The position numbers were made by a program, and so were the translations under genes. From Octopus bimaculoides (Eukaryota), in the NCBI RefSeq assembly GCF_001194135.2, contig NC_068988.1, positions 48,956,369 through 48,990,069 of the forward strand: 33,701 nucleotides of DNA, in the 5' to 3' direction. Under the pieces are notes generated by a model. That model was not told where the DNA came from. It did no database searches and saw only the letters and a list, made by a program, of their open reading frames with translations. Below, in pieces: positions 1-13,480 of this stretch (positions are counted from its first letter, which is position 1; every line of letters begins with the position of its first letter).

Positions 1-105
1 AAAAGGAAGGGAAAAAGGGGCAGTTCGATCAAAAGGGATCGAAAAAAAGAAAAGGAAAGGCCGATCAATAGGGATCGTGTATCACACAGTAATGTTCTCG
101 TGTAA

Positions 106-156
<51 letters not shown>
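106..156. repeat. (ATAG)n tetranucleotide microsatellite
   Basis: Perfect ATAG run read directly from the sequence. Confidence 0.95.
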
Positions 157-942
157 TTTATATTTATATTTATTTATTTTTGTATTTGCATTATGTATAT
201 GTGTGTGTGTGTGTGTGCATGTATGAATATGTAGATGCATGCATGTATGGCATATACACATGCACATATACATACTCGTACACATAGATATACACGTATA
301 CGTATATAGTGAGAAAGAGAGAGAGAAAACGATAGGGAGTTAGATAAAAAGTTAAAAAGTTATAAGGAACAGTTTTTCGTTTAATCGTGTTATATTCAAT
401 ATGTAGTTCTACCTTTTTGCCTTAACTTTTCTTTTATTATTGTTAACAGCGAATACAAGACTTATGTTTTAGTTCAGAATTATACTGCATGTTATTAGTC
501 CTCATTTTATTGCAATAGCTCCTTGTCATAAAAGTATGCGCAAGCATCGAGAAAATATCCGTCGTATATTTTGTTTACATTCTTCTGAAATTTGTACAAT
601 ATATTACTTGACTGAAACAGCTTATGTTCATTTGGACGTAGTTCACTTGAATTATTATGTTTTATGCTTTTATGTATTATTCCTAAAAAAAACAAACAGC
701 CAAAGAATAACTAAAATAATGTTTTCTTTTTCAAAAAAAAAAAAAATTANNNNNNNNNNNNNNNNNNNNNNNNNNNNNNNNNNNNNNNNNNNNNNNNNNN
801 NNNNNNNNNNNNNNNNNNNNNNNNNNNNNNNNNNNNNNNNNNNNNNNNNNNNNNNNNNNNNNNNNNNNNNNNNNNNNNNNNNNNNNNNNNNNNNNNNNNN
901 NNNNNNNNNNNNNNNNNNNNNNNNNNNNNNNNNNNNNNNNNN

Positions 943-1005
943 AATTTGAACTCAGAACATAAAGACAGACGAAATACCACTAAGCGTTTCGCACGGAGTG
1001 CTAGT
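943..1005 (-). mobile_element. tRNA-derived SINE head fragment (octopus OK/OR-type), cut by the gap
   Basis: AATTTGAACTCAGAACATAAAGACAGACGAAATACCACTAAGCG aligns with 1159-1222 and with the reverse complement of the 28691 copy; includes the reverse complement of the B-box (GAGTTCAAATT). Confidence 0.8.
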
Positions 1006-1242
1006 TTTTCTTCTTTCTTTATTGCCTACAAGGGGCTAAATATAGAGGGGACAGACAAGGACAAACAAACGCATCAAGTCGATTACATCGACCTCAGTGC
1101 GTAACTGGTACTTAATTTATCGACCCCGAAAGGATGAAAGGCAAAGTCGACCTCGGCAGAATTTGAACTCAGAACGTAAAGACGGGCGAAATACCACTAA
1201 ACGTTTCGCCCAGAGTGCTAGTGTTTCTGCCAGCTCACCGCC
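1006..1242 (-). mobile_element. Full-length tRNA-derived SINE, tail type A
   Basis: Reverse complement starts GGCGGTGAGCTGGCAGAAAC (A-box-like), has B-box GAGTTCAAATTC and body GTCGACTTTGCCTTTCATCC...GTCGATAAATTAAGTACCAG, and ends CCCCTCTATATTTAGCCCCTTGTAGGCAATAAAGAAAG. Aligns end to end with 28691-28918. Confidence 0.9.
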
Positions 1243-2017
1243 TTTAATTCGCAGATATATCACAAGAGAAAGTAACATAGAAGCTTGCCGTTACACAACT
1301 TTTTACCCAGCAATGAAAATGTATAATTTATTTACAAGCACCTTCAGTACCCTTCGCTTCTTACTCAAAAAATGCAGCAACAACATGCATGTCACAGGTA
1401 ACATTTTATCCCGAAGATGAGACCGGGTGATTGGTGGCATCTCAGTGTTCATAGGAAAGATATATGAAAATCTTTCATGATAAACTCGAAGACATTCATG
1501 TCTTTAAATAATGCATGTGCGTGCGCTCGTGTGTGTTAATGTATGTGTGTTTGTATAAGTATTGCATCTATGCACGTGTGCGAACGCTTGTGCACTTGTG
1601 CACGCATGAGCAAGCGCGTGCGCATGACACCGTTTGTGTGTGTCTGTGTGTATGAGTAAAAGAATCATTTCAAAATAAAATATAAACATAAACGATGCAA
1701 AAATAAATTGGTGAATCATGCAATATACAAAACACCAGAACAAAAGAATACCTCTAACTTTGAGCAATAAAACTATGTGTTGGCCTAGAAAAGACGTTTA
1801 GGTTACCTCGTAGGATAGAGCCTTTCATTATTTTCTTTTCGTGAATGAAACTTGAATGCAGATAGAATCTATCATTTCCAAATGAAACTTTTATCTTCTG
1901 TAAAATCACCTTTGCGTTCAGAAAAATGTGAATAAAGCACATTTTAGTAGGTGTTTGAATAATATCTGTGTCTATGTCCATATACATGTGTGTGTGTGTT
2001 TATGTATATGTATGTGT

Positions 2018-2066
<49 letters not shown>

Positions 2067-3494
2067 NNNNNNNNNNNNNNNNNNNNNNNNNNNNNNNNNN
2101 NNNNNNNNNNNNNNNNNNNNNNNNNNNNNNNNNNNNNNNNNNNNNNNNNNNNNNNNNNNNNNNNNNNNNNNNNNNNNNNNNNNNNNNNNNNNNNNNNNNN
2201 NNNNNNNNNNNNNNNNNNNNNNNNNNNNNNNNNNNNNNNNNNNNNNNNNNNNNNNNNNNNNNNNNNNNNNNNNNNNNNNNNNNNNNNNNNNNNNNNNNNN
2301 NNNNNNNNNNNNNNNNNNNNNNNNNNNNNNNNNNNNNNNNNNNNNNNNNNNNNNNNNNNNNNNNNNNNNNNNNNNNNNNNNNNNNNNNNNNNNNNNNNNT
2401 TTTTTTGGCAAGCCCATTTGATAAAATCTGGAAAGTTTTTCTCGTGTAATCGAATTATGGTCTTAGTTTCAATTCTTGGTTCAATAGAGGTTCAGTATCA
2501 ATTCCTGGTGTTGATCATTTGACAACATTTATATCAGGGCCAGTTTTTCCCTTGAGAATGGCACTTGATATTTCCGACACCTATGTCACTTAGTCTTTCT
2601 TTCAAAATGTTGATCAACTGGCGTTTCTCATTTTGCAGAGACATATATACCGCTAAGAATTTGTTCTAGCAGCCATGTAAATTCATATTCTGCAGGTCAA
2701 CGTGGGAAAGAGTTTGTTGCTTTAATATCGTATCGACTAATGCCTATAATAGATATTCGGTAGACAGAAACCTTACAGAAACATGCCAGGAATTTCCCCT
2801 TTTTAGGATGGTAAAATTAAATAGGTAATCTGTTAAATTTAGTTATTGGGTGTTTTAGTATACTCTTGTTTTTTGCAAAAATTAGATTCATCACTTCCAT
2901 TGGGAAAAACTTCGTCACTTCTCCACATGTTTCTCTGCAGCACTAAAAATTACTATGAAGGGGCAGACGACGTTGTTAATTAAGTTTTCAGCTGACAACA
3001 AGGACAAAATAGCGTAGAAGTTCTGGATATGTATGTCAATAATAAGGTTATTAGTTAAAAACCTCTATCAACCAGTGGAGATCTTGGAGGATATTATTAT
3101 TTCATTATCTGTTTCTAAACCTGTCGATGAATTTTATGTTTTACTCAGAGGAAAAAAGACATCTGTCGATGACAATTTACGTAGCTTCTGTTACTGGATA
3201 AAGAAAAGTAAGGAAGGCTTGCCCTAAATTTTTGTATAAGACAGAACTTTATTAAATGTACACAAAGTACAAGTGGCAATGGTATACTAACTTTAACATC
3301 CAGCATTCATTACAAACCACAGAGTGGTATATATTTCGCCGTCATATTTATATGGAGGTCACAGGATATACTAAAATGTACTTCAAGCGTTCTGCATCTC
3401 ACCGATCTTGGCGGTCCTGCGGTCAAATGTAGATCAATGCCTCTAGTTCATACATATATTTGTGTGTGTGCGTGTGTCTGTTTGCCTGTCCGTG

Positions 3495-3526
<32 letters not shown>

Positions 3527-4464
3527 TATNNNNNNNNNNNNNNNNNNNNNNNNNNNNNNNNNNNNNNNNNNNNNNNNNNNNNNNNNNNNNNNNNNNNNNN
3601 NNNNNNNNNNNNNNNNNNNNNNNNNNNNNNNNNNNNNNNNNNNNNNNNNNNNNNNNNNNNNNNNNNNNNNNNNNNNNNNNNNNNNNNNNNNNNNNNNNNN
3701 NNNNNNNNNNNNNNNNNNNNNNNNNNNNNNNNNNNNNNNNNNNNNNNNNNNNNNNNNNNNNNNNNNNNNNNNNNNNNNNNNNNNNNNNNNATATATATAT
3801 ATATATATATATATATAAGAGAGAAAGAGAAGATAGATAGATAGATAGGTTACAAAATAATTCATCGGCTAGCAAATGTTAATTCACTTTATCTGGGTGT
3901 TTGTTTTGGAGTTTAGAATGGAATCTTCTCCAAAGAAGAAAATATGACGCAAAGCTATATCATTTCATAAAAAAACTGAAATCATGTACTGACCTAGTAT
4001 ACTCCAGAGAAACATTAATAATGCTTTTCATTATTTTTTTCTCTTGATATATGATTTTTTATCACTTTCTCGGTATGTAACTGTCCTTTAGAAATTCTTC
4101 TCTTTCTTTTTACGAGTCTGTAATTTTCTTGCTTATTATTTTTTTTTTGTGATTTTTCTCTTTCTTCCATTCTTTCATTTTCGTCTCTTTCAATTTTTTT
4201 TTCCTTTATCTCTCACTACTCAAATCCTCTTCCACAACTCTCCAATGACGAGAGAGAAAAAAAAACAGTGTTGTCTCTTCTACACAATATTAATCAGTGA
4301 ATAATTTTGTTTATCTTTCAGCACATATGCTCATATACTTTTGATGTTTGATACAGTAATGCTTTAATATACTTTCACCTATACAATAATTCAATTATGA
4401 TACAGGTGTCATTCAAGAGACCTTATTATTACTCCAGGCCAGCAAGTCTACGATGGATAATACT

Positions 4465-4564
4465 TCACAAGCTTCTTGCTAATGTATCAGCAAGATACAG
4501 AGATAACTCTGCTAAAGTAGGTTCAAAGTCTTGAAACGCATGATGTGTTTTCTTCAGTATATTT
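4465..4564 (-). CDS. Candidate terminal coding exon of an unidentified minus-strand gene (NILKKTHHAFQDFEPTLAELSLYLADTLARSL*)
   Basis: Acceptor TGTGTTTCTCTCAG at 4565; open frame of 32 codons to TGA; phase-2 start fits the 7000-7047 exon. No homology recognised. Confidence 0.4.
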
Positions 4565-5858
4565 CTGAGAGAAACACAATTAATGCATAAGTAATTCCTC
4601 TTCCAATACATCAGCGAAAATACATTGGGTATGTAATATTTTAAACAATAAAGATGCTTCTCACCGCACATTTCTTTATTTATTTACCTAACTTTGCATA
4701 TATCGCACATTTTTCTGTCTATCAAACAACTGTTATGTTTTTATGTACCGTGCTTGAGTTATTTTTTTAAAACCTATCATACTTTTTCACCTTTTTAACT
4801 CAAAAGAATTTTTATTCTTATTTTAAATATTCAACTATTCCAATATGTCTTTCTAGAAGATTTCCCCTTTCATATTATTCTTTTTATTTAAGCTTCTATA
4901 TTTTCTTGTTTCATTACTGCTTTTAATATATACATATATCCACACACATATAATACTCATACACACACATAAACACATATATATATATATATATGCATAC
5001 ACACATGTATATGCATTCATATATTCATGCGCATTTATATATCCATATATACATTTAGATGCAGATATATGCATATGGATCTGCACAGATTTCCCAAACA
5101 CAGTTGGCAAAAATATACCAAGTTTTTTTAAGTTTATGAATATGTGACAGTCTTATGTGTTTGATGATAAAAAAAATCTGTTGTAGCAAAATATTATTGA
5201 TGTATAAGGCCAGAAAAATATTTGTATCTCTCAGAAAATTCGTAAATATAACTTTATATAAGGATATACACACATACCCCTATATATATATATANNNNNN
5301 NNNNNNNNNNNNNNNNNNNNNNNNNNNNNNNNNNNNNNNNNNNNNNNNNNNNNNNNNNNNNNNNNNNNNNNNNNNNNNNNNNNNNNNNNNNNNNNNNNNN
5401 NNNNNNNNNNNNNNNNNNNNNNNNNNNNNNNNNNNNNNNNNNNNNNNNNNNNNNNNNNNNNNNNNNNNNNNNNNNNNNNNNNNNNNNNNNNNNNNNNNNN
5501 NNNNNNNNNNNNNNNNNNNNNNNNNNNNNNNNNNNNNNNNNNNNNNNNNNNNNNNNNNNNNNNNNNNNNNNNNNNNNNNNNNNNNNNNNNNNNNNNNNNN
5601 NNNNNNNNNNNNNNNNNNNNNNNNNNNNNNNNNNNNNNNNNNNNNNNNNNNNNNNNNNNNNNNNNNNNNNNNNNNNNNNNNNNNNNNNNNNNNNNNNNNN
5701 NNNNNNNNNNNNNNNNNNNNNNNNNNNNNNNNNNNNNNNNNNNNNNNNNNNNNNNNNNNNNNNNNNNNNNNNNNNNNNNNNNNNNNNNNNNNNNNNNNNN
5801 NNNNNNNNNNNNNNNNNNNNNNNNNNNNNNNNNNNNNNNNNNTATATATATATATATG

Positions 5859-5897
<39 letters not shown>

Positions 5898-6999
5898 ATA
5901 CATATGCATATACATGTGTGTGTGTGCATATGTGTGTGTGCGTGTGTGCGTGTGTGTGCCTGTGTGCAAGAGAGTGATTGTGTAGCAAATCGGAGCGATA
6001 TAGAGTCTATATTTATGTGATACTTAATATCAATAATAAATATAATAAGACTTAATAAGATATCAACTTTTTCCTCGGATACATTTATTTCGTCATGGTA
6101 TTTCGAGGAAAATACTCAATTTCAAAAGTTTTAAGAAAACAAAAATATACTTCTTAACTTGGGAAGCCAATTCTGCATGGTCAAAAGAGCAGGTTGTAAA
6201 TTTTTTTCAATATTCTGTGATGTGTTTTCAATGAATCGTTCAGTATTGCCATGTATAGTTACTATACAAGCCATTACCCCATCTCATTCTGTTCAAACTT
6301 GTGTTGATGTTTGGTTTCCATCACTGGATTAAAATGTTTTCTTCAATCTGCCCACTTCTATTTTAAGATCTATATCATTAAAGGTAACTGCGATGTCGTT
6401 GTCTATGTTACTGCATTAGTTAGTGTATATCTAGAATGAGGATAAACGTATATGTACGCGTTCATCTTAATGGTTAATGCCTAAATTGTGCGGCTGTTGC
6501 GTCATATTTGGTGTACAGAGTCTGTTATACGAATAAATACGCAAGCATATATGTACGTTGCATATTGAGCAACATATTTCCGTTCAGATGGTTAATCATA
6601 TCAGTTAAATCAGTACCTCTAAGAAGTAAACGATGGAAAATCACATTTGAACTTGAAGCAGAGTTGCCCAAATATTTGGCATGAAAATAATTATTTCGTA
6701 ATTTCAATAAAGACCTTGCAATGCAATCCTCATTAAATTTCTAACGTATTAAAAAAATGAAAAGTGCTCAAATCTTTTATAGGTTTTTGTCACTGGAAAG
6801 CCATTTCTTATATTAGCATAACATAGTTGCCGAGAGGAATCAGCTGCATATCTGACCCTACCCTGCAATGACATTCCGGATAGCAGCGTTGTGGTTTCTG
6901 TCTCATATAGCGACTTCGGGAAACAGGTGTCGGACCATTGGAAAAGTTTGTTTCTTTACCGAGTGGGAGACTCAGAGCTATCAGTAACAAATGACTTAC

Positions 7000-7047
7000 T
7001 GCATCTTTAGACACTTCATGGTATATATGTCTCGATATTCTGGTTCA
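7000..7047 (-). CDS. Candidate 48-nt coding exon (EPEYRDIYTMKCLKM)
   Basis: Branch-like CTAAC plus acceptor ACTATTCTGCAG; donor GCA/GTAAGT; only one of three frames is open (phase 2 to 2). Confidence 0.5.
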
Positions 7048-7690
7048 CTGCAGAATAGTGTTAGAAAAGTAATAACACTTATTAATGATGTCACATCTCT
7101 TCACGGCTCTCCCGGATGCTATAGATTTTGAGTTGTAACAGCTAATTTATAACGATAAGAGAGCATTAGAAAGCCATTTAATCCATCATTCAGAATGCAT
7201 CTGCTACGAAATTGGCACAGTTGTCTTCTCTGTAATCTTCATTAAACAACTGAAAACGGTGATTTTGCACATTCGAAAAGAAACAGACAGAAGTTAATAA
7301 AGATGTAAAGACATTGAATTCCATATAAACTGCAAAATGATATAGAGGCGGGGTGAGATGCGGAAGCTTACTAGCGATAATCCTTTCTCTTCTTGACTCA
7401 GATATACCATGTCTTATATGGAAATCAGAAAAAATTGCTCCAACTCTCATAACAACGTATTACTGCCGTCATGAACCATCAACCTAGTTTTGCACTTGCT
7501 CCTATTTTTGCCGTATTATTTATTCAGCAATTAACGGAATTTTTCACTAAGCTAAAAAATCGAATTTCATTTGAAACATGGAAACATGTCAGTCAAAGAA
7601 TGACACAATATCAGCATTTACAATCCTTTCAACAAGTTAATTTAATAAAGTTAACTTAATAAAACTATGCTTCACGTATATTCACACACA

Positions 7691-7745
<55 letters not shown>

Positions 7746-8493
7746 NNNNNNNNNNNNNNNNNNNNNNNNNNNNNNNNNNNNNNNNNNNNNNNNNNNNNNN
7801 NNNNNNNNNNNNNNNNNNNNNNNNNNNNNNNNNNNNNNNNNNNNNNNNNNNNNNNNNNNNNNNNNNNNNNNNNNNNNNNNNNNNNNNNNNNNNNNNNNNN
7901 NNNNNNNNNNNNNNNNNNNNTTTTTTTTTTTTTTTTTTTTCTAAAGAATAATGCTTTTAAACTTTTTTGCCCAATGTATGTTCTATAATTTTGGGATATA
8001 ATTTTCAAAGGGGATTTCACTGCCGGAAATGAGGTCTCCTTATTCATGTGTTGTATATAACAAACAAGTCCTATTATGCTAAATAACTGCAATTACTACT
8101 AATCTTGTTTAATTAATTATATTCTTGTGCTTAGGACATCGGGAATTAATGACTATCTAGTCAAAATATCGACTAAAATTTTCTATGAGATTTCACAAAA
8201 TATACCTGGCATTTTCTGTCACTAAAATGTCCCATCTATTGAATTGAAGGGTTTGTCTTACGTATAAAGTTTTAGAAAACGGTGATCTTTTTTTTTCTTT
8301 TTAGTCTGCGGCTGTTTAAAATTATACACTGATATGTTAACGATCTCATATATTTAGCTACAAAAAATAGAAAATGAAAAAGAAATTACTCTTCTTGATG
8401 GATAATGTTTTCTCTCAAAAGTTGTTAACGGATACTTACATAACAAAAATAATAACACTGGTGCGGCTCTTCTCATATTCTAATATAACTTAC

Positions 8494-8536
8494 TGCGATA
8501 TCGAATTTACACAAAGAGGGAGCCTCAAATATGGCA
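8494..8536 (-). CDS. Candidate 43-nt coding exon (PYLRLPLCVNSIS)
   Basis: Donor GCA/GTAAGT; acceptor CTAAACATTACACAG with a weak pyrimidine tract; phase 1 to 2 fits both neighbouring candidates. Confidence 0.35.
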
Positions 8537-9408
8537 CTGTGTAATGTTTAGGTAGTTTTCATTTTCATTGGAATACATTAATAAAACTAATGACGAACGT
8601 ATCACAAAAGTCTTTTTAGGGGAAAAAAAAGGATAAGACAGTTACTTGGGCGTCTCAGTTTCAACTTCAAATGTCATTTGCCTAACACTTAGCAGTACTA
8701 CTCAAAGATTCCCCTTGCCTTTGTGTGTTTAGATATGATATCTCCCATATTAAGAGACAATCAACGAAATACATTCTTGATCTTCTGTGCTTAAGTTTCA
8801 TTCCTGAGAAAACTGAGTTTTCGTTTCCAGATGTTGGTATATTTTTGGAGAACAATAATACTGTACAAATAAAAACTCCGTACTACTACAAACACTCAAG
8901 TAAACCTTGTAAATCGAAGCGTATGAGCTACAGTAGCAGCTGCTCTTTATTCAAGAAAGACACCAGTAAACGGATGGAGCCGTCTTGCCATGCTAGAAGG
9001 AATTTCTCCATACCCTTAGGCTCATCTTTTTATCTACAAACAACATGAAGACTCGTCAAAGAATACTTTTTTTTTAAATAAATTTTACTAGGTTCGTTCT
9101 TTGAATTTGCAGTAATTTTTGGCTACGCAATTTAATTCTCTAATTAAATATAAACTAAAATCTAACATATTTAACTGATTAACAGAACTACCACGAAGCA
9201 GGTCTCAGCAGATAATTGTGTAAACAGTCTCTTAGCTAAAGATATAGTCCCTTATAGAAGAACGTGCTTCTCGGGAATTTAATCAAATTTTGATTCTCCC
9301 GAAGACTGTTCCTTTAGTGCTTGCTACAATGCTGACTGGCGGAAAATCCGCATGCACAGCTTGAAACTGCTGACGAATGTTCCACCGATGATTATTGAAG
9401 TGACATAC

Positions 9409-9464
9409 TGAGTAGTCGAACACAATAAACATGCATGTGTTTGAGCAGTGTACCGCACGTCTGG
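9409..9464 (-). CDS. Candidate 56-nt coding exon (QTCGTLLKHMHVYCVRLL)
   Basis: Donor TCA/GTATGT; acceptor AATTTCTCTTGAAAG (alternative CAG 4 nt downstream). All three frames are open, so the frame was chosen only for phase compatibility. Confidence 0.3.
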
Positions 9465-9969
9465 CTTTCAAGAGAAATTATGGCCCTATCATTCGAATAC
9501 TCCTTTGTTCAACAAGGATCTGTAAAATTCCAGAATGACTGAATCATTAAAATAACAGCGAAGGCTTTGATACCAGTATTGTTATTTCTGCTTAAAACTC
9601 TTATGGTCGTCTGACTTTCGGTGAACCCTAACAAACAGTTATTTTGCAATGTAAGTGAAGGTGATTATATTTGTGCCTCGAATATTGAGTTTATAGTTGG
9701 CGAAGAATAAACTATTTGACATTCGAATATTTGATTTGTCAGAAGAGACACAATGTTATACATCTTGCAGAAGGTTGTAATTTATTAAATGTGCACGTTT
9801 GTACTTGGCTGATATGTAATTGTAACGATTCCAGTATGATTACAGGCAAAATTTACCTCGGCTGAAATTGAACTCACAATATAAAAGGCTATGATTTAAG
9901 TCATTTAGTAAGACACAGAATCGATTCGGCACTTCAACGTCTTCACACTTACATATAGTATTCGTCTCA

Positions 9970-10173
9970 AATTTTGACACAAAGCCAGAAATTTCGAGAT
10001 GGTGTTTAAATCGATTACATCGGCTTCAGCTCTCAACTGGTGCTCATTTTATCGACTTCGAGAAGATGAAAGGCAAAATCGAGCTCGGCGGAATTTGAAC
10101 TCGGAACGTAAAGACGGAGGAAATGCCGCTAAATATTTTGCCCGGCGTGCTAACGATTTTATCATCTCGCCGC
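9970..10173 (-). mobile_element. tRNA-derived SINE, tail type B
   Basis: CGGCGGAATTTGAACTCGGAACGTAAAGACGG is the reverse complement of the head/B-box; TTTTGACACAAAGCCAGAAATTTCG is the reverse complement of the CGAAATTGCTGGCCTTGTG tail seen at 17585. Confidence 0.85.
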
Positions 10174-10306
10174 TTTATAATATTAATATAATTTTAACAT
10201 AATAGGATATTAATAGATTATTATAAATTACAATTTAAATATACAAGTTTCATGTACTTTTGCCTCATATATTTAAATAAATTTATATTTCCATAATTAT
10301 CTAGAC

Positions 10307-10350
10307 GTAAATGATAGCCACACAGCCTCCTCATCCTCATAGACATGTAA
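10307..10350 (-). CDS. Candidate 44-nt coding exon (LHVYEDEEAVWLSF)
   Basis: Acceptor ATGTGCATCAG; weak donor GTCTAG; open frame with phase 0 to 2. Confidence 0.25.
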
Positions 10351-10519
10351 CTGATGCACATTTTAATATGTAACAACATAGCTGTGCTCTCATATTTCAG
10401 TTATTAAATTCCTTGTTTGCTTTATTCACATGGTCTAATAAGTATTGTTTGTATTTTGCATGCCTGGATGCATATATATATTTACAACAACAATATATGA
10501 GTGATATAGATCCTCAAGT

Positions 10520-10562
<43 letters not shown>

Positions 10563-11265
10563 TGTGCGCGAGAAAGAGAAGAGAGAAGTGTGTGATAGCT
10601 GTTAGATATATTATCATTGAAATCGTTTCAAGGTGAGGTGTTGCATTCTGTGTACGTATATAAAATTCCAGAAAAATATGTGTCATATCAGCTTCAGTTA
10701 AAAGCAAACGAAGTAAATACTAAGTAATGTTTGTTATTCTATATATTTCATACACTGCAAGACTACTAATTTATTTCATTACAAATTCCTATGTCACAAT
10801 AGAAAACCAACAGAGATTTATATAGCGATGCGTGTCTTATAGCATTATGCAAATTGTAAATTACAAGAATATTTGTAATGTAATACAATATTTAAAATAG
10901 AACATTGAATTTAATCAATGCAAAACCCACTCCATGACAAATAATTGTTTGGTAATTTCTCGAATATCAAAACCGATGGGATTTGTTCTTAATAGTGATA
11001 ATAATATTTCGAAACAAGTAGATGTCCAAAACATTTTGCAGGAAGTCTGTAATAAGAGTAATTCAAATTGAGGTTACTACTTGGTTGGTGCACATTTTAT
11101 CGACCATATCATATATACTATAGTTTGATGAAAAGTTCCTGGCTCTAAGGGTGTCGCGAAAGGTTCGGAATTCAAATCCAGCTTTTGTCCACATTGACCT
11201 TTCATCATTCCTGAATTGATAAACTTATATAACATTTAAGTGCTAAAGCTTAAAATAAATAAGTT

Positions 11266-11629
11266 TAAGCCCACCTAAGCAAAATGTTGTACTTAAGCCC
11301 ACATTCGCAAAATGTTTGGCAACAGTAAGCCCACCACCGCAAAAATGTTTGACAAGCAAAAACCCACCTCTCGTGAATGTTGATAACAATAAGCCCACCT
11401 TTGCAAAATGATGTCAACTAGAAGTCACCTCGACAATTATAAGCCTATTATTTCTCAAAATGTTCGTCAACTGTAAGACCATCTTCAGAAAATGTTTGAC
11501 GAATATGAGCCCACCTCCACAAAATGTTCGACAACTATAAGCCCACCTTCACAAAATGTTTGACACTTTAAGACTATGTTTTAAAAAATGTCCAAAGCCC
11601 ATCATGGGAAAATGTTTAGCCAATGTTTA
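11266..11629. repeat. Degenerate ~32-bp minisatellite, about 12 units, consensus TAAGCCCACCTTCRCAAAATGTTTGACAACTA
   Basis: Units start at 11266, 11294, 11326, 11359, 11390, 11421 (internally deleted), 11440, 11474, 11506, 11538, 11569 and about 11594. Units are contiguous with no unique spacers. Confidence 0.9.
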
Positions 11630-12789
11630 ACTTAGAAAAACAGTTAAGATTGGGCTAACATTCTTTAAGGCGCAATAGGAAATAGATTTTAAGCAGTTGA
11701 AGTCATCAACGCAATAAGAAATATCGATAAGCGTGAAAGAAATGTAATCTCAAAATAGATACGTAAAGGATCTCACGAAATTCCAATCAGCTAAAAATGT
11801 CGTGAGTGATGCCTTGAGGTGCGGGAGATGTTTCAGCATTATTGGACTTACTCAGTAAGGCATAATCCACAAACATATTCCACAAACATAGTCCACTCAC
11901 AGCAGGATATATCGTAGAACGACTAATAATTTAGTGTGAAAGTAAATCATTCATTAATTCAATTAAAATATTCATGACATGTAAAGTCACCGTTTTTAGT
12001 TATGCAACCATAATATACTAACAAGTATTAAACATTTGTATAAGTCAGGACTGTATTTAAAATCAATTAAAATAATGTAGAAAATTAATTAAAATAATGA
12101 TGCCGGAAATTTAAGCAAGAGTAATGTAGGTTAGTATGCATGTTGTGAAATCATAAAATAAACTTTGATTCAAAGAAATCATCTCCACAATGAGTAGAAT
12201 AATCATAGGGGCTAATAATACTTAATCCCAGGTCACAAATATTAAACAAAGAGAAACAGTCAAGAACAAAGGGATCCTAAATTTACATAAGTGTATGGAA
12301 AATGTAAATCAAGTGAATTTAAAACTATACTTAAATATCAATAAGCGTGCACACATAAGTAGTGTCTATATGTATATATGAGTATGAATACATAGATGTA
12401 TATATGTATATAAAAACATAACGTAAGCACAGAGAAAATGTATATATATATGTATAAACACATAAAATAAACACCTAGATAATGAACATACATATTCTGG
12501 TTAAAATCACGGTTTCAAAACGTATTAAACCAAAATTATATCGAACATTTTTATTATTAAATTGAAGTCTTATTTCTATTTTGTTTTGTTTTTGGCTAAA
12601 TGGCTATGCGTGTTAAAAGGTGACACGAAACTAACAAAAAGTACTCTTACTTTAAAAGATTCTAAAGTCATGATGTAAACGAGTGTGCATTAATCAAAAA
12701 TTGAATCTTCTACGTATCCATGTGTTGTTTTGTGCCTCCATTACTGACTTACCTTATCAGTTTCATAAATTTTGATACTTACATACATA

Positions 12790-12929
12790 GATGCAGGTAT
12801 ATATATATACACGCACAAACACACATACACATACATATATGTGAATATATATACACACACATATATATATATACATACATATATATGTATAAGTATATAT
12901 ATGTGTGTGTGTATGTGTGTGCACATATC

Positions 12930-12973
<44 letters not shown>

Positions 12974-13106
12974 ATCAAAAATATAGATTACCTATGATAC
13001 CTATAATTTTTTGTATGAATTCATCTATATCAGTGTTTAATATGTGTGTATATATGTGTGTGTATGTGTGTGTGTAATATATATTTATATTTATATAATC
13101 TATATG

Positions 13107-13149
<43 letters not shown>

Positions 13150-13180
13150 CACATACATATATATACATACTTTGGCAAAT

Positions 13181-13254
<74 letters not shown>

Positions 13255-13480
13255 ATGTGTGTGCTTCTGTGTGTATGCATATGTGTGTATGTATACAGCT
13301 TAGATGTAGTATATTATATTATATTCATTATGTAAATATATGCATATACATACAGAGCATACAGACTTATATATGCATACATGCACACCTACCTACATAC
13401 ATTCATACAAACACATACATACATACATGCATACACATATACATACAAACATGCATACATACTTACATATTCATCAAATA
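12790..13480. repeat. Compound (TA)n/(CA)n/(TG)n/(CATA)n microsatellite block
   Basis: Alternating purine-pyrimidine low-complexity tract read directly. Confidence 0.9.

Noticed and set aside
2402-2743. Minus-strand frame that looks like a decayed protein (LVDTILKQQ...RLHEKNFPDFIKW)
   Set aside because: Four stops in 114 codons and no diagnostic motif; it cannot be separated from chance without BLASTX.
8725-9048. 107-codon plus-strand ORF with an acceptor at 8732
   Set aside because: No recognisable motif and no compatible neighbouring exons; roughly one open frame of this length is expected by chance in a window this size.
11078-11223. Small SINE-like fragments and a mariner-TIR-like end (TGATGAAAAGTTCCTGGCT)
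   Set aside because: Too short and diverged, and no partner TIR was found.
11266-11629. CRISPR-like array (32-bp periodicity)
   Set aside because: Units are contiguous and degenerate with no unique spacers, there are no cas genes, and the context is eukaryotic.
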